Position numbers and translations under genes: made by a program. DNA of 64,000 nt from Trypanosoma brucei (lineage: Eukaryota), in NCBI GenBank assembly GCA_000002445.1, contig CP000066.1:576001-640000 (forward strand). Direction: 5' to 3'. The notes beneath the pieces are model-generated. The model was not told the origin of the DNA. It did not search any database and saw only the letters and a list, made by a program, of their open reading frames with translations. Within the stretch, counting starts at the first letter, position 1; every line of letters starts with the position of its first letter. Below, in pieces: positions 29,628-41,807 of the stretch.

Positions 29628-30956
29628 ATGAAAATATTACGCGATGTTTACAGGCAAACCTTCCCAAAGAAATTGCGATTCGACAAGTCTTCCCGAATTC
29701 TTTACGCCCAGATATATGTGATAGCGAGGCGCCACAAGCATCGGAAATACATACCGAAGGAGGATATCGAAGACGTCCTTAACAATTACACAACGCTACC
29801 GGGATCCCCATGGTTACAGCTTCCGATAATCCGACATGTTTTGCTGATACGACAGATAAATGGGATCCGTGGCTTCTTTGGGAAACGCTCTTGGCTTCTC
29901 AACCGGGCTGTGGAAGAGGAGTTTAACAAAATTGTGCGGTGGATGAATGCGCAGGAGCAGTTAGTATTGAGGACGGGAGCGGGTAGATGCGCTGCAAATC
30001 TTGTGCTCCGAGAAAAGTTTGTAAAGGAGGTACTGGACGTTTTTCACGTAGCCACGGCTTACCAACGTATGGTGCGTGTTGGGGCCCTTTTGATTGTTAT
30101 ACTTTTACTTCTTCTTATCGTTATGGTAAATGTGGATCGTTTCGTGTACGTATACCTGGTACACTGGTCGGGCATGTGTCGCACGGAGGTGATGGAGTGG
30201 TTCCGTGAGATAACTGAGCAGCACGCCGTAGCGGAGGTGCCTCCGGCGTATCGAAGTTTGTTGCCACCTCCCTGTGTGATGCGTGTCGCTGAGGATGGCC
30301 GGGTAAAGTATGAATTAAAAATAGCTGAACTTGTTTCTAAGGATGAGAATATCATTGTTCTTGCGGTCCCCTGCCCACAGGTTGGGACAAAGTCGTTTTT
30401 TGCTGCACTGGGAAAGACGGTGGGGCTATGCGATGCTGTTCTCATGGAGGGGGTATCATTTGAGTATATTGATCGTATTGCCCCTGCATCCCTGTTTCCC
30501 CTGCGTGATGACACATTCCCCGCCCTTGGTGTGCATCATCGCTTTCTCGACATTCTTCGTGACTCGCGTGAGCCACCGTTTTTGTACCCTGCGGGCACAG
30601 AATTGAGCTGGTCGGCTTACTTGCAGCACCTTCTAATTCCATTTGAAGTCAAGTGTATTTATTGGCCCACATTCTCCTCTGCGTCAAAAGGGGAGGCGCG
30701 GGTGGGTTGGGGTCGATTGAGGGAGCTCATTGAAAAAGTAACTGTGGAACAAGAACGAGCACAATTAGGAGAGGATAAGAAAGAGCTGAAGCCGTATGTT
30801 ATTTGCTTACCGTGGACAGTGAACCAGATAGTTAATCTGGAGGCTAGCTTAGTTAAATTGGGGTTTCGCGTGAGAAGGGTGTTTCCATTGGAGTGGATCG
30901 ACCGCGACCACATGGGCGAGCATTTCTGTAATTATTACAGCCTTGTTGGGGAATGA
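29628..30956 (+). CDS. Hypothetical protein, about 442 aa, with one transmembrane segment (VGALLIVILLLLLIVMV)
   Basis: The track ORF begins at a GTG at 29613; the first in-frame ATG is at 29628. I recognise no family. Confidence 0.45.
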   Translation: MKILRDVYRQTFPKKLRFDKSSRILYAQIYVIARRHKHRKYIPKEDIEDVLNNYTTLPGSPWLQLPIIRHVLLIRQINGIRGFFGKRSWLLNRAVEEEFNKIVRWMNAQEQLVLRTGAGRCAANLVLREKFVKEVLDVFHVATAYQRMVRVGALLIVILLLLLIVMVNVDRFVYVYLVHWSGMCRTEVMEWFREITEQHAVAEVPPAYRSLLPPPCVMRVAEDGRVKYELKIAELVSKDENIIVLAVPCPQVGTKSFFAALGKTVGLCDAVLMEGVSFEYIDRIAPASLFPLRDDTFPALGVHHRFLDILRDSREPPFLYPAGTELSWSAYLQHLLIPFEVKCIYWPTFSSASKGEARVGWGRLRELIEKVTVEQERAQLGEDKKELKPYVICLPWTVNQIVNLEASLVKLGFRVRRVFPLEWIDRDHMGEHFCNYYSLVGE

Positions 30957-31320
30957 ATCACATCTAAACTTCTTTTTGTTAATAAGGGAAGGAAGCACAC
31001 CCTTCAAACGAGCAGAGGTCCCCGTGCATGTGTACGAGGTGCCGGTGCCGTTGTGTGCTTAGGTGTGTGTGTGTGTGTTTGAGGACATTTTTGAAGTTCT
31101 AAAGTGCGTCACTCACATCTCCCTCACTCCATTTTTGTGTTTGAATATGTTTTTTCAAACGGCTATGTTGTATTTTGTTTGTTGATTGTAGTGCATGGTC
31201 TTACCATAACCCTTTTGCCTTTAATGTTAGCCTTGTAGTGCAAAAGAATCATCGTCGGATGAGATTTGGAAAATAGAACAACAACTTCAACGTTTCTGTG
31301 GCGCTATAGTGTAGGGTCTC

Positions 31321-32244
31321 ATGCTCAGCTTTCTTTCCCCCAAACGTGCTGGCGCCATCCGAGTTTGGCGCAATGGTGCGTTTTGTGTGGGACCCAACTA
31401 TATTTTCGCAGCTTCATGTTTTCTTTCCATTATCGCTGTGTCTACTGCTTCTATCGCGCTTAACAATATGCTGATGTTACGAATTTTGTGTGGTACCTCA
31501 GCCTTTCTGTCTCTAGGATTCATGTGGCTCTGCTCCACATCAGATCCGGGAATTTGCCCATGGCGTACTCGTGAGGAAATGGAGCGCGATACAAAGAATG
31601 GGGTGTCAAAAGGAAAGGATGCGGAACTCGTTACGTTTATTAATAAAAATGGTGAGGAAGAAAGCGCCTTGCTGCGTTGCAAATGGTGCTATACCTGTAA
31701 TCAGTTTCGGCCTCTACGTGCAGTTCACTGTAGTTACTGCGGCGTTTGCATCTTACGACGCGATCATCATTGTCCTTGGGTTGGTACATGCGTAGGGGAG
31801 CGCAACTACCGCTTCTATTGGTTCTTTTTGTGGTCTGTGACCTGCCTTTCCTTAACAGTTTTAGTCAGTGGGGTTTGGGGGATCGCAATTCGGGTTGCGC
31901 GACTCTGTGGCACCGTGTTCTGCACCGAGAAGAGCATGTTTGTTTCAGCATTTGGGGAAACGCACTACATTGAACCAACAATTTCATTAGTTGCTCTCAT
32001 TTCGTGCGCTTTTGTAGCACCATTGGCGGTGTACCATGCGATGCTGGTAACAAAGAACATGACCACTGGCGAGGAACTGAACTGTGATGGCGTTTCGGTG
32101 CACTACTTCAGCCGTGGTGGGTGTGTGGCTAACGTAAAAGCCTCACTTTGTTCTCCTATCCCACCGTCGATTTTCCAGGAAGGTGTTAGCAGTTTAACGC
32201 CACTCGCTACGGCCGTCGTGATGGTTGAAGAGGCGGAGGTGTGA
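31321..32244 (+). CDS. DHHC-type protein S-acyl (palmitoyl) transferase
   Basis: CKWCYTCNQFRPLRAVHCSYCGVCILRRDHHCPWVGTCVGERNYRFYWFF is the canonical DHHC-CRD. It is flanked by four transmembrane helices. Confidence 0.85.
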   Translation: MLSFLSPKRAGAIRVWRNGAFCVGPNYIFAASCFLSIIAVSTASIALNNMLMLRILCGTSAFLSLGFMWLCSTSDPGICPWRTREEMERDTKNGVSKGKDAELVTFINKNGEEESALLRCKWCYTCNQFRPLRAVHCSYCGVCILRRDHHCPWVGTCVGERNYRFYWFFLWSVTCLSLTVLVSGVWGIAIRVARLCGTVFCTEKSMFVSAFGETHYIEPTISLVALISCAFVAPLAVYHAMLVTKNMTTGEELNCDGVSVHYFSRGGCVANVKASLCSPIPPSIFQEGVSSLTPLATAVVMVEEAEV

Positions 32245-32796
32245 TCCATTTTTTCCTTAGGCTGCCCACTAGATGTCAGACGTGTATCTACACACGTCAT
32301 ATGCCCTGCCGAAACCACTGATTTGGGCCTGCGCTTGTTTATCCGTTGAGGGCTTTGCTTCAAGAAACCCAACAGTCGACGACTTCCGTTCCTCGTAACC
32401 ATGGTTATGGACGGACCTGTCGATTTTTATTTAGTTTTGCTGGTCTTGCACACCCCTCTCTTTTCCATTTTCCGGTTTTGCCCCCCCCTCAACAACCTAT
32501 TTTTACTTTTACCTTTGATGTCACACAAACACACACACGCCTCATCTGCCTATTGAATTGGCTCTTTACATCTTTTTTCTTTCATTCCTTTCACTTGTTG
32601 TCTTTGGATTAATATTCTTGTGTATGTTACACTTTGGAGAGGTGTTTGTGATTTCAATACAACAAAAAATATATATACATATCAATAAATAAAGGAGAAC
32701 AAAGGAAGTAGAAGTGTATCACATATTTTACAGTGTGTAAGGGAACTCGGCCAAAGAGTGTTGTGGCTTTAATAACGTGGCGCACACATCTGAAAA

Positions 32797-33693
32797 ATGC
32801 AACCGGCCACTGCACCGTACCTTCTGCGCTCGTTGTACAAGGATGATCACATCATCAGCACGCATCTGAATCGGCAAATCACAAATATAGTCACTGCTCT
32901 CTTCGGCGCACACACCACCAATTGCTACGATGCGCAACTCTGTTACTTAGCAAAGGGGATTTATGTGGCGTTTGCGCTGCTGCGTGGGCAGACGTTGGGA
33001 CAAGAATTCTGTGACCTCTTACCAGTGACGGGTAGTAACCCACCTCGGCTGGTCGGCATGCGGAGAAAGCTGCTTCTCGCAACATTTCTCGCTTTGGAAC
33101 CAGCGGTAGTTTTTCAATTTGCAGTGCGTTTATTCCCCCGGCTCCCACCACACGATGTCGTATCGAATGTGAGCAAATGTACTTTGATGATGTTGATGCT
33201 GCTTGAAACATACGGTACTCTTGCCCACCGTTTCCTCAGAGTGCGTTATCTCAGCCTTGTGCCTTCGGGTGCCCTTCAAAATGGTGAAGGTGCCCCCCGT
33301 ACATATCTTAAACTAGGATTTGTGTTAATGCTCGAGCTGTTGATTCGGCTCTGGCGGGCTGTGGCAGAATGGCGGGGGAATCGTGGCGCGGGTGAACAAA
33401 ATGAGCAGGGCGGAGCTGCAGGTCGCGGAGAGGATGATTCAGACACGGCGGATGAGCATGCGTCAGTGTCTGGTAAATGCATGCTTTGTCTTGGGAACCG
33501 TAAGCAGCCCACGGCAACTCTCTGCGGCCATATTTTCTGCTGGCGCTGCCTTTCAGAGTGGATTAAGTCGAACACACAGGGAGCCATTTGTCCTTTTTGC
33601 AGACGGCGAATAACAGTAAACTCGTTAGTCCCGCTCTATTTCTATGTGGCGAAGGAGCCCCCGGTTGCGGATGGCGACAGCGGTGCGTCGTAG
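32797..33693 (+). CDS. PEX10: Peroxin PEX10 (RING E3 of the glycosomal/peroxisomal import ubiquitination complex)
   Basis: The C-terminal RING CMLCLGNRKQPTATLCGHIFCWRCLSEWIKSNTQGAICPFCRR matches the PEX10 signature (CxLCL..R..PT...CGH.FCW.C...W......CP.CR). The N-terminus is a Pex2/Pex12-type domain. Confidence 0.75.
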   Translation: MQPATAPYLLRSLYKDDHIISTHLNRQITNIVTALFGAHTTNCYDAQLCYLAKGIYVAFALLRGQTLGQEFCDLLPVTGSNPPRLVGMRRKLLLATFLALEPAVVFQFAVRLFPRLPPHDVVSNVSKCTLMMLMLLETYGTLAHRFLRVRYLSLVPSGALQNGEGAPRTYLKLGFVLMLELLIRLWRAVAEWRGNRGAGEQNEQGGAAGRGEDDSDTADEHASVSGKCMLCLGNRKQPTATLCGHIFCWRCLSEWIKSNTQGAICPFCRRRITVNSLVPLYFYVAKEPPVADGDSGAS

Positions 33694-33766
33694 ACTGACG
33701 GCAGAGGAGGAAGAAGTGGCAGGTGCAGTTGGTACGCAAGGTTCCACCTCCGCGTCTTTTCCCTGC

Positions 33767-33808
<42 letters not shown>

Positions 33809-33820
33809 GTGTGTGTGTGT
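33767..33820. repeat. Compound dinucleotide microsatellite (TA)13(TG)14
   Basis: Seen directly as atatatatatatatatatatatatatgtatgtgtgtgtgtgtgtgtgtgtgtgt in the intergenic region after PEX10. Confidence 0.9.
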
Positions 33821-34111
33821 ATCCCTCACTTCCATCCCTTTGTTTGTCGGTTACAGTAATTGACCGTACATTTCTCACACGGCGTACACGTTCTTTGTAT
33901 GTGTATGTACGGGATTGTCACTTGTTCCTTTCCAAACTGAATACAGTACCGATTGTCATAAGCTCCCTTGCTCTTTACTTTCCTTTGTGCCTTATCAATT
34001 CACCCGCGTGATAACAATTACAATAATATTAAGTAAGAAAAAGAAAAGCGTGTGTAAAAACTTTTTTTTTCGTTGCCAGTTTCGTAGCATTCGAATTTGT
34101 TCAAAGCTCAA

Positions 34112-34492
34112 ATGGCTGGTGCAAAGGAAGTGCAGTCCGTGCACCCTTTCACACGGTGGGTTGCGGGGCTCTCATCACCCATGTCTTTAACAGATCAGCG
34201 TGCTGCGGCAACGAGGATCAGCCACCTTATGCTCACTACCGTTTTTGTCGCGACAGTGTGCGGTTACTTCGTTGGAAACGTTCACACGGCATTTTTTGCT
34301 GTAGCGGCGGCGTGCGGAGTGTCGCTTATTGTCTGGGGCCCAAATTGGTACCAAAACGAAGATCCGGATCAGCGGTGGTGCGATGAAAACGAAGTGAAGA
34401 AATATTACGAAACGCTGGAACAATTGCGTGACGAGGCGAAGCAGAAAATAATTGACGAGTTCGAGTCAAAAGGAGAGAAAAAGCGAAATTGA
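34112..34492 (+). CDS. Signal peptidase complex subunit 1 (SPCS1/SPC12)-like small two-TM protein
   Basis: Two adjacent transmembrane helices then WGPNWYQ, resembling SPCS1 (two TMs then PPWPIY). The track start at 34097 is TTG; the first ATG is at 34112. Confidence 0.4.
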   Translation: MAGAKEVQSVHPFTRWVAGLSSPMSLTDQRAAATRISHLMLTTVFVATVCGYFVGNVHTAFFAVAAACGVSLIVWGPNWYQNEDPDQRWCDENEVKKYYETLEQLRDEAKQKIIDEFESKGEKKRN

Positions 34493-34861
34493 AGGAGGGA
34501 CCTTGGCGTTATGCGAACCCACGACTTATGCATGGAAACGAGCTGTAAGTGAGGTTGTAAAGATGATGCTTTCATTTTATCTAATGAGTGAACTTGCCCG
34601 TGCGCTAAGCTTCCCTATTGTCATTATTATTATTATTATTAGATTCCGCCCCTTCATCCCCACGCCTTTCTTTGGAGGAAGGGGGAAGGGTGCCACGCAA
34701 CTAAAGGCTCCTCTTTCTTCTCTGTTCCTTCCTTTTCTTTGCTTTACGCTACCCTTCGGTCCCTTATTTTTTTCAACTTCTCATCGTGGTCCAAGCAGCG
34801 ATATAGTTGGAGCGGACCAGCTGAGATTCAAAAAGGAAAAAAGAGAGAGGGAAGTGAGTTC

Positions 34862-37624
34862 ATGAAACGATGCAACAGTGAGTCTGAAACTGAGTTCGAT
34901 TCTTTAAAGAGTGAGAACCCGCTCCTTCATTCACCGTCTCTGAAGAGCTGGAACATAATGAAAAACACTCCCGTTGTGCCTCCTTTTTCCTCTGCCATGA
35001 CTATGGCAATGAAGGAACATTGCGGTGCCTCAACCGCAACCTCTGCAGCCAATGAACGGCAATATAAGGAACTAAACGTAGATTTCAACGATAAGTATTT
35101 CGGGGAAGTGACTCGTTCAGGTTCCATTGAGGTGCCTCATGGAAACGGGAGGCTGTTTTCGGGGGAGGGGAAACATTTTTATGAAGGTGGTTTCGTTAAC
35201 CGCTGCCGTGACGGGTACGGTGTGCTGAATACGGAGCGATATGCATTATGGTGTAAGTGGAAAATGAACCGTCCCGACCTCACGAGTCAGTCCCGTGTTG
35301 ATTACCGTGATGGCACAAGGTACAACGGTTTTTTGTCCGCTCATCAAAATAACAGTGCGGCCGCAAATATTCCCTCCTCCTTGCGGTGCCGTTTGTCGAA
35401 GTTTTCCATTTGGGTTCACAGCCTGACTTTAGTGCGTGAACGTTGGGGAGAAATTGTCCATAGCGGGGGTGACCGTTACTTTGGTCAATGGGACAACGAC
35501 ATGCCGTCGGGTTTCGGTTGTTATGTGACAAAATATGGCGACCGCTATATTGGATTGTTTCAACGAGGTAGGTTCCATGACACTGGCACGCTTTTTGTGC
35601 ACGCATGCAGGTGGGGAAATAGGGCTAGTAAAATTCCCGATGGTGTGGGCTTTTTGTATCAGCAGGAACAGGTGGAAAATCAACACGTCGAGGCTGCGGA
35701 GGCGGCTAAACAGAGAATAGAGGATCGTTTTAAAAATACTTTCACCGAATCCTGCGGTTGTAGCGGCGCGGACTATGAAATAAGTGGTCACAAGCGCCAG
35801 GGACCACCACGGGGTTGGGATGGCGTTATATTTGACGGTGTGTGGGAAATGGGCCGTTTCCTGGGCGAGGGACATGTGACGCTTCCATGTGGATCTCGCA
35901 TAACAGCTGAGTGGAAGAATCTATTCTCCCCCACGCAAGGGCGTGTGTTCATGGCATCCTCCAACGACAATAAAGCGAGTGGTCGGCAAGATATGGATAC
36001 GCGCGGTTGGTTCCAATGCTTTCATTGGGAATCGCTGCTCTCAGGACTCACTGACGAGTCAAAGGAGCAGAAATATGCCGCGTGTGCTTCTTTCCGTGAG
36101 CGACTGGGTCTCGCAACCACGGAAGAGGAGGAGCAGGTGGTTCTTGCCGACTTCTGCAGCAATGAGGATGCAATAAGAAACGCCCTAAAAGTTTTTCAAC
36201 GTTGCTTTTACTTTCTTCATGGGTCGTGTGGGAGCAGCAGTGAAATAGGATCTGGCTGGGGGTCGAACCCACTCGGTTGGTGTTATGTACGTAACTCATA
36301 CGGCGGCTGTATCCACAACATAAAGGGGCGACGGATAACGGCATGTGATGTGGACCTTGCGCTTACCGACATTATTTCATTTGTCCGCTCAACAGAGCGG
36401 TGGGTAGTGGAAATGTTAGGCGACTCTTCATTGTCGAGTCCAAGTTCGCATTTATTCGTCATGCGGAAGCTACTTGACTTAACGCTTCGCAGCGTCTACA
36501 ATGTGCTGTTCAACCTTTATGTTCATGCGTATGATGTGGAGGACATTGCGCTTACTCAGGCGTTGGAAAGAGTGCGTGAACATACCACACTTGACGACCT
36601 CGGAGTGAGTTTCGCGCGGCAGCAAAGTTCGGAAGAGCTCTTCGACCCGTACGCCGACGCTGTCAACCGGATTGAGCGTCTAGCCCGTGGTGTGTGGACG
36701 TATGGAAGCAAACTCAAGATTCTTGCACAGTGGTCTATGGAAATTGACCTTTCCACACGTCTGGCACGTGTAACTCTTGATGATGGGCCTCTGGCACTGT
36801 TGCCCAAAAGGAATGCGCAACCAGCGTCTGGCTCCGCTGACGATCTTATTCCCATTCACCAATTTGTGTTGATGAAAGCAAAAGTGGACCACTTATACGT
36901 GCACACGAAGTTGCTGGTGGACCTTAGTAGTGAGGACGTGTTCATGGAGTTTACGTCGCAGGAGAACTTCTTTGTTATCACGTTTCAGGCATGTACCATG
37001 ATATTATCGAAGTTTCACCCCCTGCTTCGTGATGAGTCACATGTGTTAGCACCACCTTCTCTGTTTGAGGAACGGCTGCGTTCTGGCGTGCATTCTATTA
37101 GACGACTAGCCGAAACATTTATTGCTCAGCTGTTGAAGTCGCATGGTGTATTTGAGGGGGAGGAATCGCGGGAATTCTCTGCTGAGGAATTTGGGGCTGT
37201 GGCTCTTGGCTACATCAAGGCGTGGTTAGCTGAAGCCGTTGACATGGCAGCGACGCACGGGGGCACCGCAGTTGCCAGTGGAAGTGATCAAATCCTTCCC
37301 GTAGCTGAATTATTGCAAATGGAGGAGACTCGTCAGTTGGCCCTTCTGAGCGAGCCGAACTTTCCGCGAGTGTTGGCACTTTTCTGTTGGCTTGCAGTTG
37401 CAAACGTCCTCTCGGTGCTTCACATTCACCTTGGTGTAATGGCGGCAAATGGTGATGACTTGCTAAATGTCGATACCGACCCGGCTAAGCTTCTAGACGA
37501 CTATGTTGCATGGCGCAACGTATGTGGTGGAGATGTTTCATCCCTCGTATTGCTCTTGGGCAAAGGTGCACCACGGCCTCTTTTCCTACGGCGAGCTGCG
37601 GCATTTATTGCATCTATTTTATAA
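34862..37624 (+). CDS. MORN-repeat-containing protein, about 920 aa
   Basis: N-terminal MORN-like YxGxxxxGxxxGxG repeats (YEGGFVNRCRDGYGVL, YFGQWDNDMPSGFGCYV, YIGLFQRGRFHDTGTL). The track start at 34739 is TTG; the first ATG is at 34862, downstream of the polyY/AG. Confidence 0.55.
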   Translation: MKRCNSESETEFDSLKSENPLLHSPSLKSWNIMKNTPVVPPFSSAMTMAMKEHCGASTATSAANERQYKELNVDFNDKYFGEVTRSGSIEVPHGNGRLFSGEGKHFYEGGFVNRCRDGYGVLNTERYALWCKWKMNRPDLTSQSRVDYRDGTRYNGFLSAHQNNSAAANIPSSLRCRLSKFSIWVHSLTLVRERWGEIVHSGGDRYFGQWDNDMPSGFGCYVTKYGDRYIGLFQRGRFHDTGTLFVHACRWGNRASKIPDGVGFLYQQEQVENQHVEAAEAAKQRIEDRFKNTFTESCGCSGADYEISGHKRQGPPRGWDGVIFDGVWEMGRFLGEGHVTLPCGSRITAEWKNLFSPTQGRVFMASSNDNKASGRQDMDTRGWFQCFHWESLLSGLTDESKEQKYAACASFRERLGLATTEEEEQVVLADFCSNEDAIRNALKVFQRCFYFLHGSCGSSSEIGSGWGSNPLGWCYVRNSYGGCIHNIKGRRITACDVDLALTDIISFVRSTERWVVEMLGDSSLSSPSSHLFVMRKLLDLTLRSVYNVLFNLYVHAYDVEDIALTQALERVREHTTLDDLGVSFARQQSSEELFDPYADAVNRIERLARGVWTYGSKLKILAQWSMEIDLSTRLARVTLDDGPLALLPKRNAQPASGSADDLIPIHQFVLMKAKVDHLYVHTKLLVDLSSEDVFMEFTSQENFFVITFQACTMILSKFHPLLRDESHVLAPPSLFEERLRSGVHSIRRLAETFIAQLLKSHGVFEGEESREFSAEEFGAVALGYIKAWLAEAVDMAATHGGTAVASGSDQILPVAELLQMEETRQLALLSEPNFPRVLALFCWLAVANVLSVLHIHLGVMAANGDDLLNVDTDPAKLLDDYVAWRNVCGGDVSSLVLLLGKGAPRPLFLRRAAAFIASIL

Positions 37625-38433
37625 GTTGAAGACGCGTATGTGTGTGATGCCGGCAACATTTGAATCCTGGGCAAGAGGGTGGGTGTGGGAGGGGGGGATG
37701 GGCTTTTCAGCATGGTGCTTAACGTGTCGACAAAAAATTTGAAAAAAAAAGAGGCAAATGTGCGTTGCTGGGCTGCTACGCTGGTTGCAGTTGCCTTCTC
37801 TATTTTTCGCCTACGGTTGCTTACTTTTCGGATAACAATCACATTCCAAAACATGTGGTTCACAATCGCCACACAAATCTCTCTTTATGTTTTTTGCTTT
37901 TACTTTTTCTCTCAGTGTTTTTTTTTTCAGGGTAGTGGCGTGAATACGCTTGAAAAAAAAAAGGAGGAGGGTGTGCGGTTTTACGGTTCAATCGCTCAAT
38001 CCCTTGTTGTTTTTTGCATTCATTCATTTATTATTATTATTTTTTTTTTTTTTTGCAGTCACTGCCTGAAAAGGGGTATATGCTGCTTTCTTTGTTAACT
38101 GAGTGGAATTGGTTTGTTTCCTCCTTCATTTGCTTCCTTTTCTTTCCATCTTTCCATCTACATTTCTCATTCCAAGTGCTCTGCCGGCAAACACCCGGTG
38201 CTGAGCAAGAAAAAAATAATAAAGTAAAAAAAGGAAACATAAAACAAGGGTGCAGAGCAACCGTGTGTGTCTGTGTGTGTGAGCCGTCGGTTACAACAAC
38301 CGTTAATACTTTGCTGCCTTCGTATTTGTTTGTGCAGCGAAGCAAATAATAAAAATAATAATAAGCGTAGAGGACGAACAGTGTGTAGTGCATAATATAT
38401 ATATATATATATTAAACGTGTTGGGAAGAATAA

Positions 38434-39702
<1,269 letters not shown>

Positions 39703-41807
39703 GGTGTCAAATATGCCCTCCTTTTCAGCATTGTTGGTAATGAAAGGGTGCAGTAAAGAAAAAAAAACGAAATAAAATCAAACAAAAACTAAAAAAATAA
39801 AAAAGGCAAACGTAACACAAGAAGAGGAAAATAAAACAAGAGGGTAATGAAAGAAAACAAAAGAGAGTTTGGGATGAAATGAGTGTGGATGAACGTTGTG
39901 ACGAAAGAAGAGCATGAAAAGGGGAAATTAAGAGTAAGTAAAGTGTAAGTGTTTGTAGGAAGAAAAAAGGGGGTGCGTTAGGAGCTGGTGTAGATATGTG
40001 ATGTTTGTGTTTGTGGCGTGAAATACAGGACTGATACTTTTTTTTTACTTTTTTTGATCTCTCTCTTTGTGTTTGTGTGTGTGTGTGTATGGTTTTTTTT
40101 TTCTTCCTTCTTGTGTGGTGTGTGTTATAACTGTTGCGTTTGTCCTTGCTTGTGTATTTACCATTTCATGTGCATTTTCCACCCACCCCCTCATTTATTC
40201 CTGATATATTTCCCTTATCTACTTTTTCGATTCCGTTCCTGCCACCACGTCACGTTACCGCCATCCAACCAACCACTTTTTCAATTTTTCGTGTGTTTTA
40301 TATGAATTAAATGCATGTAGGCTTTCATGTGCAGTAATTCCTCTTGTCATTAAACGACAACACACGGAGCCACGGACGCGTAACATTTCGTTTTTTTTTT
40401 CTTGTTCTTATTGTTTGGAGGAGAGTTTCATCATTTATTGACTCTTTTCATAATTCCCTTGCAATATGAATGTATGTATTTATATATATAATATATATGT
40501 TTACTTGTGTTTCTGTGTGGGTATGTTTTTTTCCTTCTTTCTTGGAGCTTCAGATGTGATGATGCTAATGATCATGGTCAGCACAATTATAAGTGTTGCT
40601 ATTTTCTATTTTTTTTTCTTTCATTTGATTTTTCTCCAACATTTTTTTCTTTTTATTTAACTATTCCGTGCGGCGCGTCGATATGCCTTGAGTAATTAAC
40701 TGATTGGCTCCCTGTGTTTTATTTTGTTTGCTTGGATGTGTGGAAGAGCGATGGCAGCAGCAGAAGCAGGAAATAAAAGAAAGAGGAAGTAAAAAAACAA
40801 AAAGGAGGCAATGGGAGAGAAAGTATATTATAACAGCAGCAACAAAATGAAAAAAAAAAAGAAGGTATATATATACATTGATTAAACAGAAATTCAGGAC
40901 AAAACAAACGAAAATAAAATAAAACAGATATCTCTTCACTGGCTCACCACTTCGTTTGTTATTTTACCAACAAATCCCGCTGGGCGTGTGACATGTGCAG
41001 TTATCCTTACGTCTGTGAAACCGTTATATTACCACTACTACTCTTCTTGCTCTTGTGTTTCTTGTTTCTTTTTAATGTTTTTTTTTCCTCTTTCACTTCA
41101 CTTCACTTGCATGGCACTGCAGCGAACATTAGACTTTTTTTTTGTTTTCTTCCCTTGTTGGCGTTTTTGGCGTTGCTGTTTTCTTTTCTTTTTTTGAGGG
41201 GGGTGGGGGTATTATTATTGTTATTATTATTACTATCATTATTTATTCACTGCTATTTGCGTTTCTCCCGGTCAGACCGATTGAGATGCTCATATATCTT
41301 CCTTTTGATTGTTTTCATTTCCTTTTTGTTGATGATGATGATGATGATGTTTTTGATTTGTTTTGTTTTGTTTTGTTTTGTTTTGTGCCCACCAGCACCT
41401 CACTGTCAGTTGTTCACACTTTTCCGCTACCTTTTTTTTTTTGCCGTGCAGGTCTCCAATAATATAAAGAAATATATACGTTTGTACTGAACAAATGATG
41501 ACCTCTTGCATTGGGAAATGAGTGAAAATGCACCGGGTTGTAACGCAAACGCAGCGATGTCCTCGTCCGTTACCTACTCTTTTTTTTTTTTCGTTTCTTC
41601 ATCACTTTTGTTTTTCTTCCTTCCTCTTGTGTCAGTTTCCTCCCTTCCTGTATCGCAAAGTGAAGGCTTTTTCCCCCTTTTTTGTTTGGTTTGGTTTCCT
41701 TCGCTTTCACCCCAACCACTGTGTTAGTTACAAACTGTAAAGTTACGCAAAGAAGTACACACATATATATATATACGCGCATAGTGACGGTTTTGAAGCG
41801 TAAAGAA
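39703..41807. other. 2.1-kb gene-less, strongly strand-asymmetric T-rich low-complexity intergenic region (UTRs plus polyY tracts), no convincing ORF
   Basis: Only low-complexity Leu/Phe-rich ORFs are produced from T runs. There are many microsatellites: (GATGAT)n, (TTTTG)n and TATTAT. Confidence 0.6.

Noticed and set aside
33644-33878. Short ORFs spanning the (TA)n(TG)n microsatellite
   Set aside because: Translations of the dinucleotide repeat (YIYIYI.../VCVCVC...) are not genes.
40993-41490. 165-aa plus-strand ORF (Leu/Phe-rich) and its neighbours in the 39.7-41.8 kb block
   Set aside because: Pure translation of poly-T and CT microsatellites (LLLLLLLLSLF...), with no start context.
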